Assembly: GCA_963850215.1 (NCBI GenBank)
Contig: CAWKKI010000006.1
Span: forward strand, 137,061 to 201,060
Length of the DNA stretch: 64,000 nucleotides
DNA from: an uncultured Actinomycetota bacterium
GTDB taxonomy: Bacteria > Actinomycetota > Actinomycetes > UBA12327
Reading direction: 5' to 3'
Under the pieces are notes generated by a model, which searched no databases, was not told the origin of the DNA, and worked only from the letters and a program-made list of their open reading frames with translations. Shown in pieces: positions 54,801-64,000 of the stretch; position 1 is the stretch's first letter; each line of letters begins with the position of its first letter. The position numbers and the translations under genes are program-made.

Positions 54801-55390
54801 TCGCGCTTGAGGAGTACGCCGCACTCGAGGAGCGACTGACGTTCCTGACCGAACAACTCGAAGACCTCAAGCGGACCAAGCGCGACCTGCTCGACATTAT
54901 CCGCGAGGTCGACGAGAAGGTCGAAGCGGTTTTCACCGAGGCCTATCACGACACGGCGCGCGAGTTCGAAGGCGTCTTCGCCCGGCTCTTCCCGGGTGGG
55001 GAAGGACGACTCGTTCTTACCGATCCGAGCGACATGCTCAACACCGGCATTGATGTCGAAGCGCGTCCGCCAGGCAAGAAGGTCAAGCGCCTGTCGCTGC
55101 TGTCTGGTGGAGAGCGTTCGCTCACCGCAATCGCTTTACTCGTCGCGATCTTTAAGGCGCGGCCAAGTCCGTTCTACGTCCTCGATGAGGTTGAGGCAGC
55201 CCTCGACGACGTCAACCTCGGTCGGCTGCTCACCATCCTGGACGAGTTGCGGGCAGCCAGCCAGCTCATCGTTGTCACGCATCACAAGCGAACGATGGAG
55301 ATCGCCGACGCGCTCTATGGGGTCTCAATGCGTGGCGACGGCGTGACCACCGTGATCAGTCAACGTCTGCGAGAAGCGGAATCTGCGTAG
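51818..55390 (+). CDS. smc: Chromosome segregation protein SMC
   Basis: 1190 aa with Walker A (GPNGSGKSN), long coiled coils, a hinge, and a C-terminal signature plus Walker B (LSGGERSL…YVLDEVEAALD). Confidence 0.95.
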   Translation: MHLKSLTLRGFKSFASSTTLRFEPGITAVVGPNGSGKSNVVDALAWVMGEQGAKSLRGGKMEDVIFAGTAGRPPLGRAEVLLTIDNSDGALPIDYSEVTISRIMFRNGGSEYAINGETCRLLDVQELLSDSGIGREMHVIVGQGQLDAVLSATPEDRRGFIEEAAGVLKHRKRKEKALRKLDAMTANLTRLSDLTSELRRQLKPLGRQAEVARRATVVQADVRDARLRLLADDYVTLRSTLEAEVADETVLRARRSEVEAAHAAAVERETQIDALTASDAPKLAAAQDTWYRLSALRERLRGTASLAAERVRHLQPDETMESTPGRDPAELEREAREVREHEGELQDSVERDRAALADVEAKRREAEEGLAAAERALAAHLRAAADRREGLARLTGQVQSARTRLETRETEIARLRTSISDARARAEHQQREFSALESQVAGLDQGELDLDSEHERAATAFQAADEQVEQLRAAERDAERERAALAARKEALEIGLSGQDGMSTLLAAGTRLSGVLGSVAALVSVRSGYERAVGAALGSAAEAIAVDSMQSAFDAMALLKESESGRASILIAAPGASAGSQRSPLPGGATWAADVVDVRSDLRPRIEELLALHVVVDDLARARDIVRGDPSLIAVTRDGDVLSSHLAAGGSGREQGLIEVQAAVDETTRALETAVHDSERLRFELATAIDVRRDAQSAVDASMAALHESDARMAAVAEQLATLGSQARAATAEAHRLEAALAQAEGAAANDRVQVEELGQRLSAAEQAPDDVEPDSGERDTAARIAVEARAAEVDARLTVRTGEERLSALTDRAAGLEHAAREERDARLRAEARRERRAREAVVAVAVLEAAEKTLTFLDSSLQLAVTQRDTLQHQRDEREGELLAVRARTRDLAAELDSLTTTVHRDEVARAEQRLRLEALETRSIEEFGVEPTALINEYGPEQMVPPSPPVPGEEPTADAPAPKPIPYVREHQEKRLRTAERALALLGKVNPLALEEYAALEERLTFLTEQLEDLKRTKRDLLDIIREVDEKVEAVFTEAYHDTAREFEGVFARLFPGGEGRLVLTDPSDMLNTGIDVEARPPGKKVKRLSLLSGGERSLTAIALLVAIFKARPSPFYVLDEVEAALDDVNLGRLLTILDELRAASQLIVVTHHKRTMEIADALYGVSMRGDGVTTVISQRLREAESA

Positions 55391-55417
55391 TTCGCTGACT
55401 CTGCGAGGATTCACGAC

Positions 55418-56551
55418 ATGACCGTTCTCGTCGTGCTAGTCGTTGTCGTGGCTCTGGCGTTGGTGATCGTGGGCGGCTCGCTGCTCGTGCGCACCAGCCG
55501 CCGAAGTGACACCGGGGCACCCGCCGCCACCCCCACCATCCCGCCGATGCGCCCGCCCGAGGTCGCCGGGGTGGCGGACATCGAGACAGCCGTCCGCGAC
55601 ATGGAGGCGCCTGCCCCGCTCGACATCCCTGAGCCGGTGGCCGGTCGGCTCGCCCGACTACGCCAACGGCTCGCCGGTTCGGACTCCGGCTTGAGCAAGG
55701 CATTGTTCACGGTGTTGAGTCGCGACGCGCTCGACGACGCGACCTGGGACGAGCTCGAAGCGGTCCTCATTCGCGCAGACGTCGGGGTCGGCGCCACAAC
55801 CGAGATCGTTGACTCGATTCGCAAGCAAGCCCGTACCGCCGGACTAAAGGATCCGCAGCAGGTTCGCGGTCTGCTGCGAACCGAGTTGCTCAACTCTCTG
55901 GACCCGTCCATGGATCGCGAAGTGCACGTGCACAACGAGACCGGACCCGCGGCTTTGCTGGTCGTCGGCGTGAACGGAACCGGCAAGACCACCACCTGCG
56001 GCAAGCTCGCGCGCGTGCTGATCGCCGAGGGAAGCTCCGTCGTCCTCGGCGCTGCTGACACCTTCCGCGCTGCCGCGAGCGAGCAGTTAGAGACGTGGGG
56101 CGAGCGAGTTGGTGCCCATGTGGTGCGCGGCGCTGATGGAGCCGACCCGGCCAGTGTCGCCTTCGACGCGGTATCCGAGGCGAAGCAAGTCAACGCCGAC
56201 TGCGTCATCATCGACACCGCCGGGCGACTGCAGACCAAGGCCGGACTGATGGACGAGCTCGGCAAGTTGAAGCGGGTCGTCGACCGCCAAGCCACCGTGA
56301 CCGAGGTACTGCTCGTCCTTGACGCGACGACCGGGCAGAACGGTCTGACGCAGGCGCGGGTATTCGGTGACGTCGTGGACGTCACCGGCATCGTCCTCAC
56401 CAAGCTCGACGGCTCGGCGAAGGGCGGCATCGTGATCGGGGTGCAGCGAGAGCTGGGAGTTCCCGTGAAGTTGGTCGGGCTCGGCGAGGGACCTGACGAT
56501 CTTGCGCCGTTCGACCCCACACTGTTTGTCGATGTCCTTGTTGGCGACTAG
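55418..56551 (+). CDS. ftsY: Signal recognition particle receptor FtsY
   Basis: SRP GTPase motifs (GVNGTGKTTT, DTAGR, TKLD). Confidence 0.9.
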   Translation: MTVLVVLVVVVALALVIVGGSLLVRTSRRSDTGAPAATPTIPPMRPPEVAGVADIETAVRDMEAPAPLDIPEPVAGRLARLRQRLAGSDSGLSKALFTVLSRDALDDATWDELEAVLIRADVGVGATTEIVDSIRKQARTAGLKDPQQVRGLLRTELLNSLDPSMDREVHVHNETGPAALLVVGVNGTGKTTTCGKLARVLIAEGSSVVLGAADTFRAAASEQLETWGERVGAHVVRGADGADPASVAFDAVSEAKQVNADCVIIDTAGRLQTKAGLMDELGKLKRVVDRQATVTEVLLVLDATTGQNGLTQARVFGDVVDVTGIVLTKLDGSAKGGIVIGVQRELGVPVKLVGLGEGPDDLAPFDPTLFVDVLVGD

Positions 56552-56569
56552 TCAGAGGGGTGGCTGCAT

Positions 56570-57145
56570 GTGAGCAACCGCCCGAGGAACCGCCCCACCG
56601 GTGGTCGTCCGACCGGTAGTCGGCTGCGCCATCGACCGGTGATCGCGTTCATCGTTATCGTCATCGTGATCGGCGTGGTGGCGGGCAGCGTGGCCATCGC
56701 CCTGACCTCGTCATCGTCGTCATCAGCGGACGTGAGCGCATCAGCGAGTCCGAGTGCGTCGGTGAGCAATGCGGCTAAGCAGGCGCTGTTGGCCCGCGCG
56801 ACCCAGGTCTCGAACCTCAACGCGGAGAACCTTGAAGACGTCTCCGCGACGAAACCGGCAGCCACATCCGGACAGGCGGTCATCACCACGCAGGGCGTTG
56901 TCAACGAGGTCTTCGGCGGGACCAGCAAGGGGATCTCCGATGACACCGGGGTCTACCTGATGCAGTTGCGCGGCAAGTTCAAGCAGCGCCAGGCGCTGCC
57001 CTCGGGTGCTCCGAAGTCCGCCGCCAACCAGACGGGCACCGTCTTGCTCATGGTGCTCTCGCAGGACTACCAGGTGCTCGGCGAGGGAATCGGAAGCCAG
57101 CCCGTGGACCTGTCCAAGATTGGGCCGGTCATCACGGTCTTCTAG
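56570..57145 (+). CDS. Hypothetical membrane-anchored protein (N-terminal TM helix, Ser-rich linker, extracytoplasmic domain)
   Basis: 191 aa with a GTG start. The TM segment is VIAFIVIVIVIGVVAGSVAIAL. I recognise no domain. Confidence 0.55.
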   Translation: MSNRPRNRPTGGRPTGSRLRHRPVIAFIVIVIVIGVVAGSVAIALTSSSSSSADVSASASPSASVSNAAKQALLARATQVSNLNAENLEDVSATKPAATSGQAVITTQGVVNEVFGGTSKGISDDTGVYLMQLRGKFKQRQALPSGAPKSAANQTGTVLLMVLSQDYQVLGEGIGSQPVDLSKIGPVITVF

Positions 57146-57162
57146 CCCGCTTAGGACCGCTC

Positions 57163-57211
57163 GTTCACGTGCTCGTTACAGGCGACCCGCCAATCGTCAC
57201 ATTCCCGAAAC
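57163..57211 (+). promoter_or_regulatory. Putative GlnR-binding boxes upstream of amt
   Basis: GTTCAC-n6-GTTAC …15 nt… GTCAC-attccc-GAAAC matches the actinobacterial GlnR a-site/b-site consensus (gTnAc-n6-GaAAc). Confidence 0.5.
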
Positions 57212-57280
57212 ACCACACGCGCTCGTCTGAAACGCGCCGCCAGCAATCTTCTCGCCAAGCGCCGACGGGAAGGTGATTGT

Positions 57281-59061
<1,781 letters not shown>

Positions 59062-59128
59062 TCAATACGTCGACGCTGCGGGTTGGTCGACGAAGCGATC
59101 AGACAGACAACGGTGAGCGAGGTGGGAC

Positions 59129-61474
59129 GTGACGAAGCCAGCATTTGCTGAGTTGAATGCGTCCTACCTCGCTCGTCGCACGAAATTGCTGAGCGAGCAG
59201 CCCCCGACCCCGGCACGTCGCGATGCGCTGTGCGACCTCACGACTCGTTGGCTGGGTGGTGTCTTTCATGAGGCGTACCCCGATGTGGGCGAAGGCATCG
59301 CACTCGCCGCGGTCGGGGGACTCTCTCGAGGCGAGCTCGCGCCGGGAAGCGATCTCGATCTGATCGTTCTGCACCGCGCGCGCGGTCAGTCCGGCGACGC
59401 GGAGCGTGCCGCCGAGGCGACCTGGTATGCGATCTGGGATGCCGGTATTCGACTCGACTACTCGACGCGGGGCATCGCACAGGCTCGCTCGGTCGCCGCG
59501 GACGACTTGAAAGTCGCGCTCGGACTGATCGAGCCGTTGCACATCGCTGGTGACGAGAGCGTCGTCAACGAAGTGCGTGAGGCGGCGCGTGCGGATTGGC
59601 GCAAGCGAGCCAAGCAACGCCTCGTCGACGTGCGCGCATCAGTGCACGAGCGCACCTCGCGGTCGGGTGAGCTCGCCTATCTGCTGGAGCCAGACCTCAA
59701 GGACGCTTACGGCGGGCTTCGCGATCTGACCATCCTGCGAGCGATTGCTGCTGCGTGGATCACTGACGTCCCGCACGCGAAGGTCGCACCTGCTCGCGCC
59801 ACACTTCTTGACGTGCGCGACGCGCTGCACGATGTAACTGGCCGTGGCGTGGATCGGCTCGGGCTGCAGGATCAGTCTGCGGTTGCTGAGCGGTTAGGCC
59901 TCGACGACTCCGACGCGTTGCTGCGACAGGTCACAAGCATGGGGCGCACGATCGCCTTCGTCAGCGACACGGCCTGGCACGCGGTTGGCACTTCTTCGTC
60001 TGGCGCAGAGTCGAGGCGGGGGCTGTTGCGAAATCGAAAGCCGCAGCGGGTTCCCCTCACCGAGGGGGTGGTGGTGCAAGACAACGTCGCCGTTCTCGCT
60101 CTCGAAGCCGTCCCAGCCGAGGATGACGTCCTCGTCCTGCGTGCGGCCGCTGCTGCTGCGCAGGCTGGGATCCGGTTGGCACCCGCGACCGTCACGCGGC
60201 TGGCCACGGAGTCGGAGGACCTGGTTCGACCATGGAGCCGCGACGCGCGTGAGGCGTTCGTGTCGTTGCTAGGGGCAGGGCGCGTGATGCTGCCGGTCTG
60301 GGAGTCGTTGGACCAGGCCGGTTTGATCACGCGCCTGCTGCCTGAGTGGGAACACGTGCGCTCAGCCCCGCAGCGCAACCCGATCCACCGCTACACCGTT
60401 GACCGCCATCTCATCGAGGCCGTTATCAACGCATCGGAACTCACGCGTCAGGTCTCGCGCCCGGACCTTTTGCTGGTGGCGTGCCTTTTGCACGACATCG
60501 GGAAGGGCTTGCCCGGCGATCACTCCGAAGCCGGTGCTGCGCTCGCACGCGAGATGGCACTTGCTATCGGGTTTGCTGACGGCGATGTCGACACAATCGA
60601 GTCGTTGGTGCGCCACCACCTCTTGTTGCCGGAGACCGCTACCCGGCGTGATCTCGATGACCCTGCGACCGCTGCAAACGTTGCCATGATCGTTCAGTCG
60701 CACGAGACCCTGGACCTCTTGCATGCGCTCAGTCGAGCAGATGCGCGCGCAACCGGTCCGCAGGCGTGGAGCGACTGGCGCCGTTCCCTTATCGACGACC
60801 TCGTCGCGCGCACGCACGCGTTGCTCAGCGGCACCCCAGCGCCGAGGCCGCCGCGGTTGAGCGAGACCCAACGGTCGATGGCGTGGGGCGACGGGGTGGA
60901 TGTGCTCGTCGAGGCGACGAGTCCACTGCTCGTGGTGACCGTCGCGGCGCCGGACCGACAGGGACTGCTCGCCACCATCGCTGGCGTGCTCTCGTTGCAC
61001 CGGCTCTCGGTCCGCGGCGCCCAGACCGACACGATTGGTGGACGTGCGATCACGGTCTGGTCGGTGCAACCGAGTTTCGGGGATCCACCAGCGAGCGATC
61101 GACTGCGCGATGACATCGTGCGTGCACTTGATGGGGCATTGGATGTCGAGGCAGCGCTGCGCAAGCGGGCTGAGGCGTACGCGAAGTCCGGGATCACCGT
61201 GCCACGAGCGCGCGTGGACATCGTTGAGCAAGCGTCGGCAGACGCCACCGTCCTAGAAGTGCGCGCGCACGACGAGCCGGGTCTGTTGCATCGCGTGGCA
61301 GGCGCCGTCTCTGCGGCAAACGTCGTAATCCAGGCTGCGCGGGTCGCCACGCTGGGCGCCGACGCCGTGGACGCGTTCTACCTCGTCAACGAGGACGGCA
61401 AGCCGCTGATGCCCTTCGACGCAGACCGAGTCCGGGAAGAGGTATCGCGCTCGCTCGACGACCGCACGGACTGA
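59129..61474 (+). CDS. glnD: [Protein-PII] uridylyl/adenylyl-transferase GlnD
   Basis: 781 aa with a nucleotidyltransferase domain (GGLSRGELAPGSDLDL), an HD domain (LLHDIGKG) and two C-terminal ACT domains. Confidence 0.9.
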   Translation: MTKPAFAELNASYLARRTKLLSEQPPTPARRDALCDLTTRWLGGVFHEAYPDVGEGIALAAVGGLSRGELAPGSDLDLIVLHRARGQSGDAERAAEATWYAIWDAGIRLDYSTRGIAQARSVAADDLKVALGLIEPLHIAGDESVVNEVREAARADWRKRAKQRLVDVRASVHERTSRSGELAYLLEPDLKDAYGGLRDLTILRAIAAAWITDVPHAKVAPARATLLDVRDALHDVTGRGVDRLGLQDQSAVAERLGLDDSDALLRQVTSMGRTIAFVSDTAWHAVGTSSSGAESRRGLLRNRKPQRVPLTEGVVVQDNVAVLALEAVPAEDDVLVLRAAAAAAQAGIRLAPATVTRLATESEDLVRPWSRDAREAFVSLLGAGRVMLPVWESLDQAGLITRLLPEWEHVRSAPQRNPIHRYTVDRHLIEAVINASELTRQVSRPDLLLVACLLHDIGKGLPGDHSEAGAALAREMALAIGFADGDVDTIESLVRHHLLLPETATRRDLDDPATAANVAMIVQSHETLDLLHALSRADARATGPQAWSDWRRSLIDDLVARTHALLSGTPAPRPPRLSETQRSMAWGDGVDVLVEATSPLLVVTVAAPDRQGLLATIAGVLSLHRLSVRGAQTDTIGGRAITVWSVQPSFGDPPASDRLRDDIVRALDGALDVEAALRKRAEAYAKSGITVPRARVDIVEQASADATVLEVRAHDEPGLLHRVAGAVSAANVVIQAARVATLGADAVDAFYLVNEDGKPLMPFDADRVREEVSRSLDDRTD

Positions 61475-61544
61475 ACGATCCGGATCCGGCTAAGGTCGGC
61501 CGAACCGTTGATCGATCGACAGGGCGGCTGGACAAGGGGAGACC

Positions 61545-62312
61545 ATGGATCTGGGGTTTCGCGGTGCAAAGGCGATCGTCACCGGCGGAAGCAAGGGCAT
61601 CGGGCGCGAGATTGCGCTGACCCTCGCCCGCGAGGGCGCGGATGTCGCGATCTGTGCGCGCGGCAAGGAAGCCGTCGACGCCACCGTCACTGAGTTGCAG
61701 GGCATCGGCGTGACCGCACTGGGCGACGCGGTTGACGTGACCGACGCCGATGGCTTCGCCGCGTGGATCGGATCGGCGATCGAACGGCTCGGTGGGCTCG
61801 ACACGATTGTCTTCAACGCAAGTGTTCAGCCGCAGGGCGACGATGACGCCACCTGGCAGCTGACGTTCGAAAGTGACGTCATGCAGACAGTGCGCGCGTT
61901 GCGAGTCGCGCAGCCGGCACTAGCTCAGTCCTCGATCGCATCGGTGGTCGTTATCTCGTCGACCAACGCAATCAGTGCGAACGTTGGCCCCGGCCAGATT
62001 GCGTATGGCTCCCTGAAGGCCGCACTCATCAGCATGGCGTCGAAGCTCGCCGTAACACTCGGTCGTGACGGCATCCGGGTCAACACGGTCACGCCTGGTT
62101 GCATCTCGTTCGAAGGCGGTACGTGGGACAAGCTCGCGCAGATGATGCCGCAGATGGTCGAGGGCGTCGCGAAGTCAACGATGGTCGGCCGGCTCGGCCA
62201 TCCCGAGGAGATCGCGAACGCGGTCGCCTTCCTTGCCAGCCCACGTGCGTCCTACGTCACCGGCGCAAATCTTCGCGTGGATGGCGGGCTGATCCGCGCC
62301 GTCGACTTCTGA
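61545..62312 (+). CDS. SDR family oxidoreductase
   Basis: TGGSKGIG Rossmann motif and an NASV…Y…K catalytic pattern. Confidence 0.85.
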   Translation: MDLGFRGAKAIVTGGSKGIGREIALTLAREGADVAICARGKEAVDATVTELQGIGVTALGDAVDVTDADGFAAWIGSAIERLGGLDTIVFNASVQPQGDDDATWQLTFESDVMQTVRALRVAQPALAQSSIASVVVISSTNAISANVGPGQIAYGSLKAALISMASKLAVTLGRDGIRVNTVTPGCISFEGGTWDKLAQMMPQMVEGVAKSTMVGRLGHPEEIANAVAFLASPRASYVTGANLRVDGGLIRAVDF

Positions 62313-62377
62313 GTCCTCGACCCTTCCAAGTCCTCACGCCTTTCTGCGCGTCGCGCCGCCCCGGTTACCCTTTCCAC

Positions 62378-63898
62378 GTGTTCGCCAGCCTGCAAGACCG
62401 GTTCGAGTCGACCTTCAAGGCACTTCGCTCCAAGGGGCGCCTGTCGGAGAGCGACGTTGATGCGGCCTGCCGTGAGATCCGGATCGCGCTGCTTGAGGCC
62501 GACGTCGCGCTGCCGGTGGTCCAGGACTTCGTCACCAGGATTCGCGAACGTGCGCTCGGCGCCGAGGCCTCGCAGGCGCTGAATCCTGCGCAGCAGGTCG
62601 TGAAGATCGTCAACGAGGAGCTCGTACGAATCCTCGGCGGTGAGACGAGAAGGGTGCGGCTGGCCAAGACCCCGCCGACCGTTGTGATGCTCCTGGGTCT
62701 GCAAGGTGTTGGTAAGACGACGCTGGCGGGCAAGCTGGCGCGCTGGTTCCGCGATCAGGGTCACCAGCCGATGCTCGTTGCCGCTGACCTGCAACGACCG
62801 AACGCGGTCAATCAGCTTCAGGTAGTCGGCGAGCGCGCTGGGGTTCCGGTCTTTGCGCCGGAGCCGGGCAACGGGGTTGGTGACCCGGTTGTTGTCGCTC
62901 GCGACTCGATCGCCCATGCGAAGCAGCGCATGCACGACATCGTCATCGTCGACACCGCCGGCCGTCTCGCCATCGACGACGATTTGGTGCAGCAGGCAGC
63001 GGACATCCGCCGTGAAGTAGATCCCGACGAGGTCCTGCTCGTAGTCGACGCGATGGTCGGTCAGGACGCAATCACGACCGCCCAGGCCTTCCTCGACCGG
63101 GTCGGTTTCGACGGGGTCGTGCTGACCAAGCTCGACGGCGATGCGCGTGGTGGTGCTGCGCTGTCGGTCTCCGAGGTCACGGGTCGACCGATCATGTTCG
63201 CCTCGGCGGGGGAGAAGGTCGAGGACTTCGACGTCTTCCACCCCGAGCGGATGGCATCGCGCATCCTCGGGATGGGCGACATGCTCACCTTGATCGAGCA
63301 AGCCGAGAAGACCTTCGACCGCGACGAGTCCGAGCAGATGGCCGCGAAGATCGCGTCCGGCACCGACTTCACGCTCGAGGACTTCCTCAGCCAGATGCAG
63401 GCGCTGCAGAAGATGGGGTCCTTCTCGAAGATCGCCGGGATGCTGCCGGGCATGGGCGACATGCGAAAGCAGATCGAGCAGATCGACGACAAGGAGATCT
63501 CGCGCGCGACCGCGATCATCCAGTCGATGACGCCCGCTGAACGTCGCGATGTGTCGATCCTCAACGGGTCTCGACGGGTGCGCATCGCGCGCGGTGCGGG
63601 CACCGAGGTGTCGGCGGTGAACTCACTTGTCGACCGCTTCGTGCAAGCACGCAAGGCGATGGCAATGGCAGCGAAGGGCGGGATCCCTGGCATCCCGGGG
63701 ATGCCTGGCACCCGCAAGGGTTCGAAGGCGCCCGGGAAGTCGGCCAAGGGCAAGAACAAGCGGTTATCGGGCAATCCGGCCAAACGAGCCGCGCAGATCG
63801 CGGCGAAGGAGGCCGGAGCCTCCTCCGAAGGGGCGGTAACGGACTTGAGTGCCGAGCCGTTTGAGCTGCCCGACGACTTCAAGAACCTGCTGCCGTAG
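62378..63898 (+). CDS. ffh: Signal recognition particle protein Ffh
   Basis: GTG start. N domain and G domain (GLQGVGKTT, DTAGR, TKLD), a Met-rich M domain, and a basic C-terminal tail. Confidence 0.95.
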   Translation: MFASLQDRFESTFKALRSKGRLSESDVDAACREIRIALLEADVALPVVQDFVTRIRERALGAEASQALNPAQQVVKIVNEELVRILGGETRRVRLAKTPPTVVMLLGLQGVGKTTLAGKLARWFRDQGHQPMLVAADLQRPNAVNQLQVVGERAGVPVFAPEPGNGVGDPVVVARDSIAHAKQRMHDIVIVDTAGRLAIDDDLVQQAADIRREVDPDEVLLVVDAMVGQDAITTAQAFLDRVGFDGVVLTKLDGDARGGAALSVSEVTGRPIMFASAGEKVEDFDVFHPERMASRILGMGDMLTLIEQAEKTFDRDESEQMAAKIASGTDFTLEDFLSQMQALQKMGSFSKIAGMLPGMGDMRKQIEQIDDKEISRATAIIQSMTPAERRDVSILNGSRRVRIARGAGTEVSAVNSLVDRFVQARKAMAMAAKGGIPGIPGMPGTRKGSKAPGKSAKGKNKRLSGNPAKRAAQIAAKEAGASSEGAVTDLSAEPFELPDDFKNLLP

Positions 63899-64000
63899 GC
63901 GCGGTTTTCGCGCTTGCGCCGCGATCTGGCAGAATCACGGCTCGACCGGTGCGGCCCTCTACCCGCTTGGTCACCCTCAGAGCCGTCTGCCGAGGCACCC

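Noticed and set aside
53501-54949. 482-aa minus-strand ORF
   Set aside because: It is antisense to smc.
55411-56520. 369-aa minus-strand ORF
   Set aside because: It is antisense to ftsY, whose SRP-GTPase motifs are unambiguous.
61478-61530. Short palindromes gatccggatc and tcgatcga after glnD
   Set aside because: These are 8-10 bp self-complementary restriction-site-like sequences. Sequences this short occur frequently by chance.

Overview
This is a high-GC (about 70%) actinobacterial chromosome segment made almost entirely of conserved housekeeping genes. Gene order resembles Corynebacteriales/Mycobacterium-type synteny. Left to right:

- kdpD (partial), kdpC, kdpB, kdpA and kdpF on the minus strand, with a divergent GGDEF-EAL c-di-GMP protein.
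- gatC, gatA, gatB.
- An ~8 kb accessory block of small redox and hydrolase genes: methyltransferase, SDR, amidohydrolase, DUF2007, PPOX/F420, GNAT, aldo-keto reductase, 2-hydroxyacid dehydrogenase, Zn alcohol dehydrogenase, thioesterase.
- ilvD, a DUF1801 gene, and an ilvB leader peptide with attenuator.
- ilvB, ilvN, ilvC, serA, leuB, ilvE, a FAH-family gene, gltX.
- tRNA-Gln and tRNA-Glu, an IclR regulator (LtbR-like), leuC, leuD, a methyltransferase, hupB (long Ala/Lys/Pro tail).
- cofC/fbiD, plsC, gpsA, an NTF2-like gene, a Cys/Met PLP enzyme, ddl, DUF3515, a small stand-alone Lrp/AsnC (RAM) domain protein, thiL, rpmB, recG, rsmD, coaD.
- A coiled-coil hypothetical, yceD (DUF177), rpmF, plsX, rnc, fpg, a small ORF, smc, ftsY, a membrane hypothetical.
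- amt, glnK, glnD, an SDR, ffh.

I found no transposase, integrase, CRISPR array, toxin-antitoxin or recognisable defence system. I could not support any claim of a novel system.

The most notable sequence-level observations are:

1. Many reading frames are broken by single-base indels, and these are strongly clustered: ilvB has 5, the 2-hydroxyacid dehydrogenase 3, the aldo-keto reductase 2, gatB 2, and kdpB, ilvD, the SDR, GNAT and fpg one each. Long neighbouring genes (smc, recG, glnD, gatA, kdpA) are intact. This pattern suggests local assembly or consensus errors, or possibly real gene decay.
2. An imperfect tandem duplication inside fpg/mutM causes its frameshift.
3. Several clear cis-regulatory candidates: the ilvB leader/attenuator, a GlnR-box upstream of amt-glnK-glnD, a palindromic operator between the IclR gene and leuC, and three 16-bp tandem direct repeats between the PLP-enzyme gene and ddl. 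Composite CTTGAC/GTCAAG repeats lie in the divergent promoter region between kdp and the GGDEF-EAL gene.
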